Shown one piece after another: positions 1 through 10,600 of a stretch of 64,000 bases of DNA (its first letter is position 1; every line of letters starts with the position of its first letter). Origin of the DNA: Candidatus Poribacteria bacterium (GTDB taxonomy: Bacteria; Poribacteria; WGA-4E; WGA-3G). The stretch lies in NCBI GenBank assembly GCA_963665235.2, contig CAXXLX010000001.1, positions 2,752,001 through 2,816,000 on the forward strand. The letters are read 5' to 3'. The notes beneath the pieces are model-generated. The model saw only the letters and a program-made list of their open reading frames with translations, ran no database searches and was not told where the DNA came from. The position numbers were made by a program, and so were the translations under genes.

Positions 1-1
1 C

Positions 2-241
2 TGTGATGATTTCACAGTGCCAACATCTGAAGAATCAGCACGATTCTGGATTCACGGGGGCAATAATGAAAAACATGAGACCGGTACCTGCATTCAGGAG
101 GTCAATATGATTGAGCGGTTTTCAGACATAATCCACTCTGGCAACCTGGAACCGCACTGGTCAGATATTGCTGTGGAGACAATGCGTATTTGCGATGCCC
201 TGCTTGAATCGCATCGGCGCGGCGCGGTTGTCAATCTTTAA
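2..241 (+). CDS. Partial (5'-truncated) oxidoreductase, probably the C-terminus of a Gfo/Idh/MocA family protein
   Basis: The frame is open from the window start. The C-terminus 'QEVNMIERFSDII...AVETMRICDALLES..RGAVVNL' resembles Gfo/Idh/MocA C-termini. Confidence 0.55.
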   Translation, partial: CDDFTVPTSEESARFWIHGGNNEKHETGTCIQEVNMIERFSDIIHSGNLEPHWSDIAVETMRICDALLESHRRGAVVNL

Positions 242-261
242 TACCGCAAAAGAGGAACATT

Positions 262-1449
262 ATGAAGATTACCAATATAGAAACCTTTGTTGTGGATGGC
301 GGGTGGCGTCCTTGGCTCTTCGTCAAGGTGGAAACCGATGAAGACGTTATCGGCTACGGAGAATGCAGCGATGGCAGAAACCCGAACGGCATCGTTGGCA
401 CTATCAAAGACTTAACCCCCCTGCTGATTGGACAAGACCCTCGCGCGTATGAGATGCGGTTTTGGGATATGATTCGCGGGTCACGGCAGAGCCCGGGAGG
501 CATCGCCGCAAAGGCAATCGCTGGCATTGAGTGTGCCCTTGTGGATATCAAGGCGAAAGCGTTAGGCATCTCTGTCGTAGAACTCTTTGGCGGCCCAACC
601 CGTGGAGACGTACAGGTTTATTGGTCGCACTGCGGGTCATCCCGTGTTCACAATTTTGAACTGATAGGGGTGCCGCCGCTAAGAACCATGGCGGACATCA
701 CCGCGCTGGGACGTGAAGTCGTAGAGAGGGGTTTCACCGCCCTAAAAACAAATATCGTCATTCCGGGAGAGCCCGCCTCCGTCTATTTCAGCGGCTTCGG
801 TAGAGGCCCTGGCACCACCGACGGAAATGTCACCCCTGAACTCCTCAGACATATTGAAACACTCATCCGCACCTTTCGCGATGCGGTTGGACCTGATGTC
901 GGAATCAATCTCGACCTGAATTTCAACTTTAAACCGGAGGCGTGCATGCGCATAGCGAAAATATTGGAGCCTTATAATCTGTTGTGGTTGGAGATTGACA
1001 TGTATGCCCCTGAAGCAATTCGTCAGATTAAGGACTCCACGACGACAAAAATATGCACCGGTGAAAACCTCTACTACATGCGAGACTATCTTCCCTATTT
1101 TGAAGCCCGTGCGGCGGATGTCTTCATGATAGATGTGCCGTGGAACGGATTCGCACCCTCGAAAAAAATAGGCGATTTAGCAGAGGTGTACCAACTCAAC
1201 GTCGCACCGCACAACTATTATAGTCATCTCGCCACCTTTATGAGTGCGAGTCTCTGCGCGGTATTGCCGAATGTACGTATTATGGAGGTTGATATTGACG
1301 ATGTGCCGTGGAAAGACGACCTGACGACACACACGCCAGAAATTGTTGAGGGTAATATGAAAATTCCGACGCGCCCAGGCTGGGGAACAGAACTGAATGA
1401 GGACGTTGTCAAGGCGCATCTCTGGGATAACCGCCGAGGCGATTGGTAG
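262..1449 (+). CDS. Mandelate racemase/muconate lactonizing enzyme family protein (galactonate dehydratase-like)
   Basis: Motifs MKITNIETF, 'VKVETDE..GYGE', 'AIAGIECALVDIKAKALG', metal ligands D/E/E (LDLN, WLE, TGE), 'APHN' and 'PTRPGWG'. RBS GAGG. Confidence 0.9.
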   Translation: MKITNIETFVVDGGWRPWLFVKVETDEDVIGYGECSDGRNPNGIVGTIKDLTPLLIGQDPRAYEMRFWDMIRGSRQSPGGIAAKAIAGIECALVDIKAKALGISVVELFGGPTRGDVQVYWSHCGSSRVHNFELIGVPPLRTMADITALGREVVERGFTALKTNIVIPGEPASVYFSGFGRGPGTTDGNVTPELLRHIETLIRTFRDAVGPDVGINLDLNFNFKPEACMRIAKILEPYNLLWLEIDMYAPEAIRQIKDSTTTKICTGENLYYMRDYLPYFEARAADVFMIDVPWNGFAPSKKIGDLAEVYQLNVAPHNYYSHLATFMSASLCAVLPNVRIMEVDIDDVPWKDDLTTHTPEIVEGNMKIPTRPGWGTELNEDVVKAHLWDNRRGDW

Positions 1450-1494
1450 ACACAGTGGCCCCTCTGTGATAAGGCGGATTAGCAGACCTGCCCC

Positions 1495-2343
1495 TTAACG
1501 TGCCACTGCCTCTGAACCAATATTCTCCTGAATCCAGGCGCGGAGCGGTACGTCTTTATCACCGGGGGACGTATATCCCATGCCGCCGGTGCTTTTACCC
1601 AAAATCTGCTGCCGAATCGGATCGGATTTTTCCATATAGTGCCCTACCGTCATATCATCCCGTGGCTGCAACCATCTGTAGCTATATCCGTAGAAAAGCA
1701 CTTTCCGCATAATATCCGAGGTATTGCGGCCCACGGCATGCCATACCCGTCGATCGAAAAACACCGCCGTGCCGGGTTTCGCGAACACCGCTGTGGCGTT
1801 TTCAGGATCAACCGTGTTATCCTCTGGCATGTCAACCTTGTTGAATTTTTGACTGCCGGGCAGCACAGAAAAATTACCGCGTCCTGGAACCGAAGTATCG
1901 GTCAGAAAATAGGCGACTTTCAACGATATGCGGGGACGCGGATTTCCTTCCAATTCAATGTTAAGGCGACCACTATCTTGATGCCAGCCGAGCCGTCTGT
2001 GCTTGTCGTGCTCTTCAGGCGGAAGCGGCGGTAAGGCTATCATGTGTGAGTGGTAGAGTTTGATATTCCACCCTAAAATGCCCCACACTTTCGGAAACGT
2101 TGTGTGCCAATCCAGCAGCTCAATAAAAACGTCATCCCTGCCGACGAAGTCAAGTATATTGAAGTTTGCGTTAGGCGGAAGCTCATCTTTCCCCAAATGT
2201 TCCGCCCCGATTCGATCGAAAGCGACAATCAACTTCTCAACCAGCTCCTGCGAAATAGCATCCTCAACGACGAAATAGCCGTTATCTTCAAATTGTTGTT
2301 TCTCTGTTTCGGTCAAACGGTGTTCTAAACATAGCGGATTCAT
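1495..2343 (-). CDS. Phytanoyl-CoA dioxygenase (PhyH) family Fe(II)/2OG dioxygenase
   Basis: 'QFEDNGYFVVEDAIS', HxD motif 'WHQD', 'VLPGSQ', distal His 'VWHA' and the 2OG-binding Arg. Confidence 0.9.
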   Translation of the reverse strand: MNPLCLEHRLTETEKQQFEDNGYFVVEDAISQELVEKLIVAFDRIGAEHLGKDELPPNANFNILDFVGRDDVFIELLDWHTTFPKVWGILGWNIKLYHSHMIALPPLPPEEHDKHRRLGWHQDSGRLNIELEGNPRPRISLKVAYFLTDTSVPGRGNFSVLPGSQKFNKVDMPEDNTVDPENATAVFAKPGTAVFFDRRVWHAVGRNTSDIMRKVLFYGYSYRWLQPRDDMTVGHYMEKSDPIRQQILGKSTGGMGYTSPGDKDVPLRAWIQENIGSEAVAR

Positions 2344-2398
2344 TTTTCTCTCCTTTAAAAGCGAGGGGTAGTGTTTAACAGCAACGCCTATTTATAAC

Positions 2399-2425
2399 GT
2401 AGGCGGGATTTGAAACCCCGCCTAT
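2399..2425 (+). repeat. GTAG-type REP-like hairpin
   Basis: Intergenic GTAGGCGGG-atttgaaac-CCCGCCTA inverted repeat. Confidence 0.55.
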
Positions 2426-2455
2426 ATCTGTAAACGGACAGAATTGTTGATGAAC

Positions 2456-2692
2456 CTAGTAAGTCCGCTTCCTAGTTCGCGAAACATAGCTTGGGCTAAA
2501 ATCGTTGATGTACCCGGTCAATCCTCTGCCTTCTTCCGCCAACTCTTTCATTGCTTCGATGTTATCTTCCCCTGCACTTTCATAATTGTACAGATAGATA
2601 CGGCCGCTGGTAAACTGAATTCTAATGAAATCTGGGCCCGCTTCATACGCAGCAACCCCCGACTTTCCGTGAAGGTTTCCATAACGTTTCAT
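2456..2692 (-). CDS. Small conserved hypothetical protein, KTSC-like
   Basis: 'SGVAAYEAGPDFIRIQFTSGRIYLYNY...GRGLTGYIN' resembles the KTSC pattern. RBS AGGAG. A TTGACA-17-TATCAT promoter lies on the minus strand at ~2732-2760. Confidence 0.6.
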   Translation of the reverse strand: MKRYGNLHGKSGVAAYEAGPDFIRIQFTSGRIYLYNYESAGEDNIEAMKELAEEGRGLTGYINDFSPSYVSRTRKRTY

Positions 2693-2784
2693 GTTTTTCT
2701 CTCCTATCGGAATTTAATAATAATTTCATGTATGATAACACAACCACAAACCGTTGTCAAATAATTTTTAACAGCCGGGGCAAG

Positions 2785-4695
2785 TCAAGGCGTACTTGTA
2801 TCCACAGTCCATGTGAACTCCCATAACAGCACCGTGCCATCCGCACTGCCACTTCCGAGCGTTTTTCCATCAGGACTAAACGCCACGCTAAAGACAGGTG
2901 CCTTATGTCCCGTGAGTGTCTCTTTGTGTTCACCCGTCGCTGCATCCCATAAGCGGATTGTGCTATCCTCACTCCCACTTGCAAGCATCACGTTATCAGG
3001 ACTGAATGCCACACTCGTGACCCGTTCCGTATGACCCGTGAGGGTTTCCTTTTGGTGACCCGTGTCTGCATTCCACAAGTGGATTGTTCCATCCGCACTC
3101 CCGCTTGCCAGGGTCCGCCCATCCGGACTGAACGCCACACTCGTGACAGGAGATTTATACGCTGTCAATGTTTTCTTGTGCTGCAGCATCATGCCCACTC
3201 TCCAGAGGCGGACTGTTCCATCCGCGCTTCCACTTACAAGTGTCCGTCCATCCGGACTGAACACGACACTCGTGACAGCAGAGGTATGTCCTGTGAGCTG
3301 TCCCTTGTGAAGCCCTATAGTTGTATCCCAGAGGCGGATTGTGCCATCTACACTCCCGCCTGCAAGCGTTTTTCCATCCGGATTGAATGCAACACTCGTG
3401 ACAGGTGCCTGATGCTCAGTAAGTCTTCGCTGGTTCTCTCCTGTGGTTGTATTCCAGAGGCAGATAGTTTTGTCCCCGCTCCCACTTGCAAGCATTTTCC
3501 CATCCGGACTGAACGAGATGTCTGTCACATCCCAGGCATGCCCTGCCAGTGTTTTTTTCTGCTCCCCTGTGGCTGAATCCGACAAAAGAATCGTATCGTC
3601 CCACCCGCCACTTGCCAGCACTTTCCCATCAGGACTAAACGAGATGGTAGAAATCCACTGCGAATGGGTTGCAAGCGTTTTTTGGTATTTTCCCGTTTCT
3701 GCATCCCACAAACGGATTGTACCATCGCCACTGCCACTCACAAGCGTTTTTCCATCCGGACTGAATAGGACATCCTCAACAAAAAACGTATGTGCAGCGA
3801 GCGTCTCCTTATCTTCCCCGGTGGTTACGTCCCACAGATGGATAGTGTTGTCCCAACTGCCACTTGCGATTGTTTTTCCATCTGGACTGAACGCCACACT
3901 AGAAACCCAGCTCGTATGACCTACGAACGGCTCCGTGGACTGACCTGTCGTTGTATCCCATAGACGGATAGTGTTATCGCCGCTGCCACTTGCGATTGTT
4001 TTTCCATCTGGACTGAACGCCACACTAGAAACCCAATGCGTATGGTCCGTAAGTGTTTTCTTACGTTCACCTGTCGCTGTATCCCACAAGCAGACTGCTC
4101 CGCTGTCACTGCCACTTGCGATAGTTTTTCCATCTGGACTGAACACCACACTATTGACATACCCTATTTGCGCTGTGAACGTTCGCTTATGTGCTCCTGT
4201 GACTGCATCCCATAAGCGGATATCCATACTCCCGATTGCGAGTGTTTTTCCATCCGGACTGAACGCCATACTAGAAATTCTATATATATCTCCTGTAAGC
4301 GTCTCCTTGCGTTCTCCTGTAGTTATATTCCACAAATGGATTGTGCCATTCTGACTCCCGCTTGCAAGTGTTTTCCCATCCGGACTGAATGCGACACTGG
4401 TAACCTTATAGGTATGCCCTGTAAGCAGAGCGAGCTCCTTACCGGTGCTGGCATCATATATCCAAACACCGATATCACTGGCAACTGCAAGACGCGTACC
4501 TTCTGGAGAATACTGTATATCATTTATCCCGCCTTTACCGATTCGGACTCTTGCCCCATCAGGTAAATGCCATTGTGAGACATTTTGGGCAAAACTGTTC
4601 GGAAGATATAACGTTGAAACGATAAGTAGTGTCAAAAAGAGGATACATCTTAATATAAAAAATTCGCGAGCTGCATCAAGGGGCGCGTGTTTCAT
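2785..4695 (-). CDS. Secreted WD40-repeat (eukaryote-like) beta-propeller protein
   Basis: About 14 'GH...V.SVAFSPDGKTLASGS.D.TI.LWD' repeats after an N-terminal signal/TM segment. Confidence 0.95.
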   Translation of the reverse strand: MKHAPLDAAREFFILRCILFLTLLIVSTLYLPNSFAQNVSQWHLPDGARVRIGKGGINDIQYSPEGTRLAVASDIGVWIYDASTGKELALLTGHTYKVTSVAFSPDGKTLASGSQNGTIHLWNITTGERKETLTGDIYRISSMAFSPDGKTLAIGSMDIRLWDAVTGAHKRTFTAQIGYVNSVVFSPDGKTIASGSDSGAVCLWDTATGERKKTLTDHTHWVSSVAFSPDGKTIASGSGDNTIRLWDTTTGQSTEPFVGHTSWVSSVAFSPDGKTIASGSWDNTIHLWDVTTGEDKETLAAHTFFVEDVLFSPDGKTLVSGSGDGTIRLWDAETGKYQKTLATHSQWISTISFSPDGKVLASGGWDDTILLSDSATGEQKKTLAGHAWDVTDISFSPDGKMLASGSGDKTICLWNTTTGENQRRLTEHQAPVTSVAFNPDGKTLAGGSVDGTIRLWDTTIGLHKGQLTGHTSAVTSVVFSPDGRTLVSGSADGTVRLWRVGMMLQHKKTLTAYKSPVTSVAFSPDGRTLASGSADGTIHLWNADTGHQKETLTGHTERVTSVAFSPDNVMLASGSEDSTIRLWDAATGEHKETLTGHKAPVFSVAFSPDGKTLGSGSADGTVLLWEFTWTVDTSTP

Positions 4696-4822
4696 GAAAT
4701 CAAACTCCTCATTATAGTCAAGTTTTCCATAAATTTTTATGAATTATATCGTAATAAGTGTATCACAAAAAGCGGTTGAACGTCAAATGGGTGTTTAAAT
4801 AGTCAGAGTCATTAAAAAACCG

Positions 4823-4852
4823 TTGACACCTAACTATAGAATGTGATACGCT
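4823..4852 (+). promoter_or_regulatory. Putative sigma70 promoter for truA
   Basis: TTGACA, an 18-nt spacer, and TG-n-TACGCT upstream of truA. Confidence 0.4.
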
Positions 4853-4890
4853 ATATGTATTAGTGTACTTCAACCGTTTGACGTGATATA

Positions 4891-5646
4891 ATGCGAAATA
4901 TTAAACTTGTGCTTGAATATGATGGTAGGAATTACTACGGGTGGCAGATACAACCCAACCTTGTAACCATTCAAGGTTCAATTGAGGATGCGCTAAATCA
5001 GTTAACCCAAATGCAGCACCGGGTTATCGGGGCAGGTAGGACAGATAGCGGTGTGCATGCCGAGGGACAGGTGGCGAATTTTCATACAGATTCGCCGCTG
5101 CCGCTAATCGCTTTTCAAAAGGGTCTTAACGCTATTTTGCCACGTGACATTGTTATCTGCTCTGCAACAGAGGTACCTGCCGATTTCCATGCACGTTTCA
5201 GTGCCGTAAGCAGGCGGTATCGGTATACGATTTTAAATAGGGCTTATCGCTCCGCACTTTTGCGATACACGAGCTATTTCTACTCAGCGGTAATGGATGT
5301 AACCCTGATGGATGCTATTTGCCGGAGTTTGGTTGGAAAACAGGATTTCTCCTCTTTTCAGAAGCAGGGCAGCACTAGACTAGACCCTGTATGTGAAATT
5401 TATGAGGCACACTGTTTTAAAATAGACGACTGTGTCTATATTGAAATTGAAGCGGATTCGTTTCTACGGGGAATGGTTCGAGCAATTGTCGGCACACTTC
5501 TCAAATGCATGAAAACTGCTGAGGGAAATGTGGGAGCCGTGAACGCGCAGCTCCACCGAATTCTAGAAGCGAAGGATAGAGCCGTAGCTGGACAATCGGT
5601 CCCAGCCCACGGATTATCCCTTATCCGCGTCAAGTACAACGTATGA
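4891..5646 (+). CDS. truA: tRNA pseudouridine(38-40) synthase
   Basis: 'LEYDG..Y.GWQIQ', 'AGRTDSGVHA.GQV', 'FHARFSA..RRYRY', 'FLRGMVR.IVG'. Confidence 0.97.
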   Translation: MRNIKLVLEYDGRNYYGWQIQPNLVTIQGSIEDALNQLTQMQHRVIGAGRTDSGVHAEGQVANFHTDSPLPLIAFQKGLNAILPRDIVICSATEVPADFHARFSAVSRRYRYTILNRAYRSALLRYTSYFYSAVMDVTLMDAICRSLVGKQDFSSFQKQGSTRLDPVCEIYEAHCFKIDDCVYIEIEADSFLRGMVRAIVGTLLKCMKTAEGNVGAVNAQLHRILEAKDRAVAGQSVPAHGLSLIRVKYNV

Positions 5647-5671
5647 ACTACGAAATTGAAACGAGGTTTTT

Positions 5672-6685
5672 ATGAACTACGCCCAGGTATTGAATGAATT
5701 GGAAACATTGGTCAATGAGACGTTTGGTCTTTGGGAACATAACCGGGTCGGTTTTCAGTGGCGGCATTATACGTGGAATCACACCATGCGTGTCCGAGCG
5801 ATGAGTATGGAACTCGGCAGACGCGAGGGAGGCGATGTGAAACTGCTGGAAGTCGCCGGAACCCTACACGACATCACCAAACGTTACGATGGCGTTATCT
5901 TAACAGATGACAACGGACAACGAATCCTTGATCACAACGGTTTTTGGCTAAATGAAACGCTCACCCCCGCCGGGAAGAACATTGTCACCGAGCTTTACGA
6001 TAAGCACAATCTCCACGGGAAGGTGCACCACGAATCGGGTGCGGTGATTACCGAGAATATTTTGGGGATGTACGACTTTGAACCGACGTTCGTAGAAGCT
6101 GCAACGGCAGTTGTCCTGGCACATCTGAAACCGACTAATCTGACAGCTGAGGACTTTAAGCTGTTGTACGGCAGCATCGAAAACCAGATCCTCTATGATG
6201 CAGACACGATGGACCCGAATGTGGGGTATACCGCTTTCTTTCGTAATATCCACATCCACTCACATTTCGCACTGCAACGGGGGAATTTTGAGCTAGATTC
6301 CTATGTGAGAAACATGCCGCGCTGGATGAATCCCAAGCAGGCTTTTGTGGACAAACTCCTAACCGAATCCTCCCGCGAAGTCGCCCAAGCCAGGCAGGAC
6401 AGAAATCTGCAACTCGCCGCACAAATGCTCGGTGAACTTGAGGATATAGAGATAAATCGGAAATACGGATTGCTCGGCATAATTGAGTATTTTGTCAGTG
6501 AAACCGAAGACCCGCATTTTCTGAATCAACTCAACTATTTGCAAACCGAATGGCTTCCGAAGCGACGACAGTGGTTAGCAGAAGAGGAGAAGAGCGAATC
6601 CGCACGTGAACGCGCCGAAGCAGCAATTCAGCGCGTTAGCGACTTCTTAACGTTACTTGAACAGGAAAGCCGAGGCGAAATTTAA
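5672..6685 (+). CDS. HD-domain metalloenzyme
   Basis: H (WNHT) ... HD (LHDITK) ... HH (VHHESG) ... H (LAHLK) ... D (LYDAD). Confidence 0.85.
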   Translation: MNYAQVLNELETLVNETFGLWEHNRVGFQWRHYTWNHTMRVRAMSMELGRREGGDVKLLEVAGTLHDITKRYDGVILTDDNGQRILDHNGFWLNETLTPAGKNIVTELYDKHNLHGKVHHESGAVITENILGMYDFEPTFVEAATAVVLAHLKPTNLTAEDFKLLYGSIENQILYDADTMDPNVGYTAFFRNIHIHSHFALQRGNFELDSYVRNMPRWMNPKQAFVDKLLTESSREVAQARQDRNLQLAAQMLGELEDIEINRKYGLLGIIEYFVSETEDPHFLNQLNYLQTEWLPKRRQWLAEEEKSESARERAEAAIQRVSDFLTLLEQESRGEI

Positions 6686-6697
6686 GGAGTATTTTTT

Positions 6698-7573
6698 ATG
6701 AATCACCAAGCAACAGGCGAACCGAGAGACATCGCTGCTACGCTCCCACCAATTCCGTATCCGGATGACCTCTACCGGTTTGATACGGTGGCGGATGGAA
6801 TTTCAGGCAGCTTCGAGGCTGTAACCGAAGCGGATATCCGATACTTTCATCAGCACGGTTACCTTGTTATTCAGGATGCCTTTAGTCCTGACGAGGTCCG
6901 CGATGCTTTAGCTGGCATGGTTTATCTGATGGATGGGAAAAACCCGGACTTCCGCGCAATCCAGTTTGAACCGAAACTCGCGAAACTCAAAGACGAGATG
7001 AGTGCTGACGACCGCCGCGATGCCATCAGGAAAATTTTCAAGTTCGTAGACCACGAACCACGTTTAAAGGCGATGGCGGAACATACCGGGCTGCTCGGCG
7101 TGCTTGCACAAATTATGGAGGATACACCGCAGCTTTTTCAAGACATGGCGTTGGTTAAACCTCCCCGCTTCGGTTCCGAGAAACCGTGGCATCAGGATTG
7201 TGCCTACTTCAATCTACCGGAGGGGACAACCGTTGTGGGGGTGTGGATTGCCTTAGATGAAGCCACCGCTGAAAACGGATGCATGCACATTATCCCCGGT
7301 TCCCACAGTGAGGGGCCGATGATTCATTTCAAACGGCGCGATTGGCAGATTTGCGATACGCATGTCCCGGTAATGCGTGATACAGTGGTGCCGCTCCAAC
7401 CGGGGGGATGTCTGTTTTGGCACGGATTACTCCATCATGGGAGTCCTGTCAATCATTCTACGCAGCGTCGGCGGGCTCTTCAGTTTCATTACAAACCTGC
7501 AAGTTGCGGTGAGGTTACAACACAGGAGCGGATGGCGGTATACGGAAGTGAGGGGAAGGATGTGGCGTGCTAA
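6698..7573 (+). CDS. Phytanoyl-CoA dioxygenase (PhyH) family protein
   Basis: 'KPPRFGSEKPWHQD', 'VWIALDEATAENGCMHIIPGSH', 'LHHGS', 'RRA'. Confidence 0.92.
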   Translation: MNHQATGEPRDIAATLPPIPYPDDLYRFDTVADGISGSFEAVTEADIRYFHQHGYLVIQDAFSPDEVRDALAGMVYLMDGKNPDFRAIQFEPKLAKLKDEMSADDRRDAIRKIFKFVDHEPRLKAMAEHTGLLGVLAQIMEDTPQLFQDMALVKPPRFGSEKPWHQDCAYFNLPEGTTVVGVWIALDEATAENGCMHIIPGSHSEGPMIHFKRRDWQICDTHVPVMRDTVVPLQPGGCLFWHGLLHHGSPVNHSTQRRRALQFHYKPASCGEVTTQERMAVYGSEGKDVAC

Positions 7574-7680
7574 TAGCGCGCCTCTCCCTTATGTGCCAGG
7601 TTCCACTAGTGCCGCCGCGTTTTGCAAGGGCGGGGTTAAAAAAACAACGAAAAATATGGCGAACTAAATGACTCTGGGAA

Positions 7681-10600
7681 TCAGGAGGACACCAGGGATT
7701 CTCCTTTTTCTATTAAGTCTCCGCGCTTAATCATTTCATTGATAACTGATTTAACTCTTTGCCGCATTTCTGTAGTGACCCTCTTAAACCCGAACAATTT
7801 GCAGGTCTCGTGAGCTAAATCGTTTTGTTCTATGCCGTAAGATTCCGATACGATTAACTTGATAGCCTCCTGTATCTCCTCGGGAGCAATAAGTTCTAAT
7901 TTTCGAGAGGTATTCGGGAGTTTACTCCGGTCTCGGACGCGAATTTGTTTCTGCTCTGTGTAGTAGAAAAATTCATCTCGGACCCGAATGCTTTTAGAAT
8001 GCGTCGCCCACTCTCCAGCGTTTTCAACAGCGTCTCGGATGCGATTGCCTACCTTCTTAACCCCTACGGCACTTGCAATGCGTTTTGCTACCTCGTCAAC
8101 ATGCACCGGACTTTCAATCTCAACGACACGCTGAATCCACTTCGCCATCACGTCGGGTGTAACCGCATGTAAATCACGTCCATCGGTGGAAATGACTAGT
8201 TCAGCGAGTCTATACTCTTTTGCTAGGGGATTATTGGGCTCCGGTTCTGGGGTTGGAGCACCGGTTGTATCAACTCCTGTTTCTGGTACTTCCGGCTCTT
8301 CATTGGAACCATGAGCTTTGTTTTTAGAGGTATCCTCATGAGTGGAAGGAACATGTGCTTTAGCTGCTTCAATCGCCTCAACCGCCTTTTCGAGTTCACG
8401 GTCTGGAAATCTAAACCAATCGGTACTCCAAATACGATGGATACGCCAACCTAATCCTTCAAGTACGCCTTGCCTAATTCTGTCCCGGTCGCGAGCCGAT
8501 TGTGCGCTATGGTAGGTTGCCCCGTCACATTCAATGCCTAATAGGTATCGCCCCGGGCGTTCCGGGTCTTTAACCGCGAGATCTATGAAATAACCAGCAG
8601 AACCGATTTGATGATCAACTTGAAAACCAAGTCCACGTAAAGCATCTGCGACCTCTTCCTCAAACGGGGAGTCTGGTGGTTTTCCGGTCCCTTCTGGAAT
8701 GTCACATTCACCTGTTTGGGCATACTTTAGATAACGTTTAAGTGCCACAACCCCCCCATCTGGATTGTCAGGTCGGGGATCAATGTCATCAGCTGTCAAG
8801 TTGGTAAAGACTTCACAACGTTGTCTAGCGCGCGTAATCAGGACATTCAATCTCCGCTCGCCACCCTTTTTGTTTAAGGGGCCGAAGTTCATCGTAAGTT
8901 TTCCATTAGCGTCGCGTCCATAGCCAACGCTGATGAAAATAATATCCCGTTCATCTCCTTGAACGTTCTCCAGATTTTTGACGAAAAATGGCTCCTCAGG
9001 ATGTGCGTTGAAAAACTGCTCACAGGATGAATCTTCACGACGCAAAAGTTCAAGTTGATCTTGAATCGCTTGCATTTGGGCTGTACTAAACGTTGCTACA
9101 CCAAGCGTCAAACCGGAAGGTGTGCGTGCATGTTCCATGACTTTTTCTGCAACTATTCGGGCCTCTTCCGGATTGCTCCGACTCCCTCCACGCTCATAAG
9201 CAGTATCCTGTAGGTAATGATAAACTAACCCAACTTCTTCCTTCGCAGCATCTGGACTTGGAAAAAGTTGAAGTCTATTGCCGTAAAATTCAATGTTCGA
9301 CACAGTAATTAGGGATTCGTGCCGGCTCCGATAATGCCAACGTAACATGCGTTCTGGCGCGCTTTGAGCACTAAATAAACCCAGAATGCTCTCCGTATCA
9401 ACTGCTGAATTTTCTTCCGTGTTTTCGTCATCATCCTTTATGTGTTTATCAAAGAAGTCAGTCGGTGGAAGTTGTCGGCTATCCCCAACGACAACTGTTT
9501 GCTTCCCTCGAATAATCGCTCCAAAGGCATCAACAGGTTTTACTTGGCTAGCTTCGTCAAAAACCACTAAATCAAACTCAACACTGTTCGGCGGTATGAA
9601 CGTTGCCACTGAAAGTGGACTCATCATAAATACCGGCTTAATTGCTTGTATCGCATTTCCTGCCTCTGTCATAAGTTTACGAATTGGCAGATGCCGCCGT
9701 TTTTTCGCAAATTCACGTCTGAGCAGCCCTAATTGTCCAGCGGGCATTTCGTACCGGGGCAGTTGTTTCCAGTGTTCATAAGCAACTTTAGCTTTATTAT
9801 ATTCAAGTGAATTACGGTCTAATTCTTTAAACCTTTGGACAATAAACTGATGAGCATCGCTACTAAAACCCGCAAGGACAGGACGTTCCCGCATTGCTGT
9901 CTCAATTTTTGCGTTATACCAAGCATGTTTGAGTAAATCCGACAAAGATTCACTTGCCTCTGACCAGTTATTCGCAACCTTCACAATTTCAGCAAAACCA
10001 CTATCTGCTAACGCCTCAGCTAGGTGGTTATACGAAACCATATCCTGGAGACTATCTGATTCGGTTTCCCAACATTTTAAGATTTTTGCTTGTTCAGAAA
10101 ATGAGAGTTGTTTTAATCCATAACGTATTTTCTCGTCAAGTTGAATTTTATCAATTACCGTTTGAAGGTGATTGGGATAGTTGCTCTGGTGTTCCTCAAC
10201 AGATACAAGTAGCTCCTTGAGTGTTTCCAAATTCGGGTTTGATGCAAGGTATGCAACTAATGCTTCTGGCAATTCATTGTTTACCACCGATTCGTGTAGT
10301 GCCGATAGATACTTGGCGATTTCTCGGAGTTGATCCCAATCCGAGGATTGTCCGTGCCAGTGTGTACCAAATGCTTCTTTTCCAATCTCTTCTATCCGTT
10401 CGAGATGGGGCAATTCACGTTGCGCTGCAAGAATCGCATCAACTATGCTGAGTCGTTCATCATGGGTTTTCGGGAGTTGTTGTGAACATAAACCTTTGAG
10501 TTCATTATGAGCCTGTCTATATTTCCCCGAAAGTATACGCCACCGCTTATCTCCATAAGCCGCTAGCATTTGTCGAATCTCCAAAACGTTTTGTTTCCAC

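Noticed and set aside
2813-4717. Multiple plus-strand ORFs with repetitive sequence
   Set aside because: These are antisense shadows of the WD40 repeat gene.
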